Shown here: piece after piece, positions 45,459 to 45,917 of the stretch
Numbering within the stretch: position 1 is the first letter of the stretch
How the letters are laid out: each line of letters begins with the position of its first letter
Assembly: GCF_004010195.1 (NCBI RefSeq)
Contig: NC_057754.1
Span: 9,624,445-9,670,361 of the forward strand
Reading direction: 5' to 3'
DNA from: Chiloscyllium plagiosum
Taxonomy: Eukaryota
DNA: 45,917 bases
Notes under the pieces: model-generated
What the model was told of the DNA's origin: nothing
Database searches by the model: none
The model's input: only the letters and a program-made list of their open reading frames with translations
Translations under genes and position numbers: made by a program

Positions 45459-45917
45459 GAGGGATCCAAGATGGTGGCGACCCAGCAAGACTGAGTCTAT
45501 AGTGCTCTTCCCAAGACTTGGGTACAGTGGGTCACCCACCCCCTACCACGCTCACCAAATCATTTATAATAGTTGTGTAATTTAATTAGTTGTGTAATAT
45601 TACATTTAAACAATTTAATCCTAAGTAAAAATAACTAAAGGGAAGGGAGCCCGCAGCTCTCAGCAAGCAGGAACCCCTCCCCCACCCTCTCCAGCTGCAG
45701 CAGAGGCGTCCACAGCCGCCCCGGGGGACTTACCTACAATGACAAGCCTCGCAGAAATGATTTCCAAGCTGGATTCGAAGATCGATGCCTTTATTGCAGA
45801 ATCCAGAAATCATTGGGATTCGCTCTCGGCCGCGCTGCAGAAGCACGACCGAGAAATCCAAGAAATCGAGCGCCGAGTCGGAGGGGCGGAGTTAAAGGCC
45901 GCGACCTCCGAAACTAC
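45459..45917 (+). mobile_element. 5' end of a young L1-type LINE (5'UTR and ORF1 start), cut by the window edge
   Basis: Starts GAGGGATCCAAGATGGTGGCG (YY1-like) inside a CR1 piece; open frame from 45631 (ATA) TKGKGARS..EMISKLDSKIDAFI..EIQEIERRV, coiled-coil-like; CpG-rich. Confidence 0.75.

Overview
Repeat-saturated vertebrate genomic DNA. The repeat content (HE1-type tRNA-derived V-SINEs plus partner CR1 LINEs) points to a cartilaginous fish; a shark is inferred, not proven. No intact protein-coding gene is visible. The backbone is a decayed C2H2 zinc-finger cluster: relics at ~2.16-4.0 kb (-), ~4.4 kb (+), ~18.2-18.7 kb (-) and ~38.2-39.7 kb (+), with a CpG-island promoter at ~31.4-31.7 kb and a possible decayed one at ~8.3-8.55 kb. 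Overlaid on this are many CR1 fragments and HE1 SINEs, two Gmr1-type Gypsy elements (integrase before RT/RNase H; the longer one has a SCAN-like Gag), another Gypsy LTR family, Tx1, L1, L2 and Rex1 LINE pieces, a TIR MITE, and short Penelope-like insertions from four families that carry minimal hammerhead-ribozyme motifs and often fold back at them. The best leads are the hammerhead-centred fold-back mini-elements, a ~35-codon pre-finger leader shared by three ZNF relics, and a SCAN-like Gag inside a ZNF cluster. There are two N gaps. Boundaries were read by eye and are approximate unless a target-site duplication (TSD) is given; family names come from motif recognition, not database searches.
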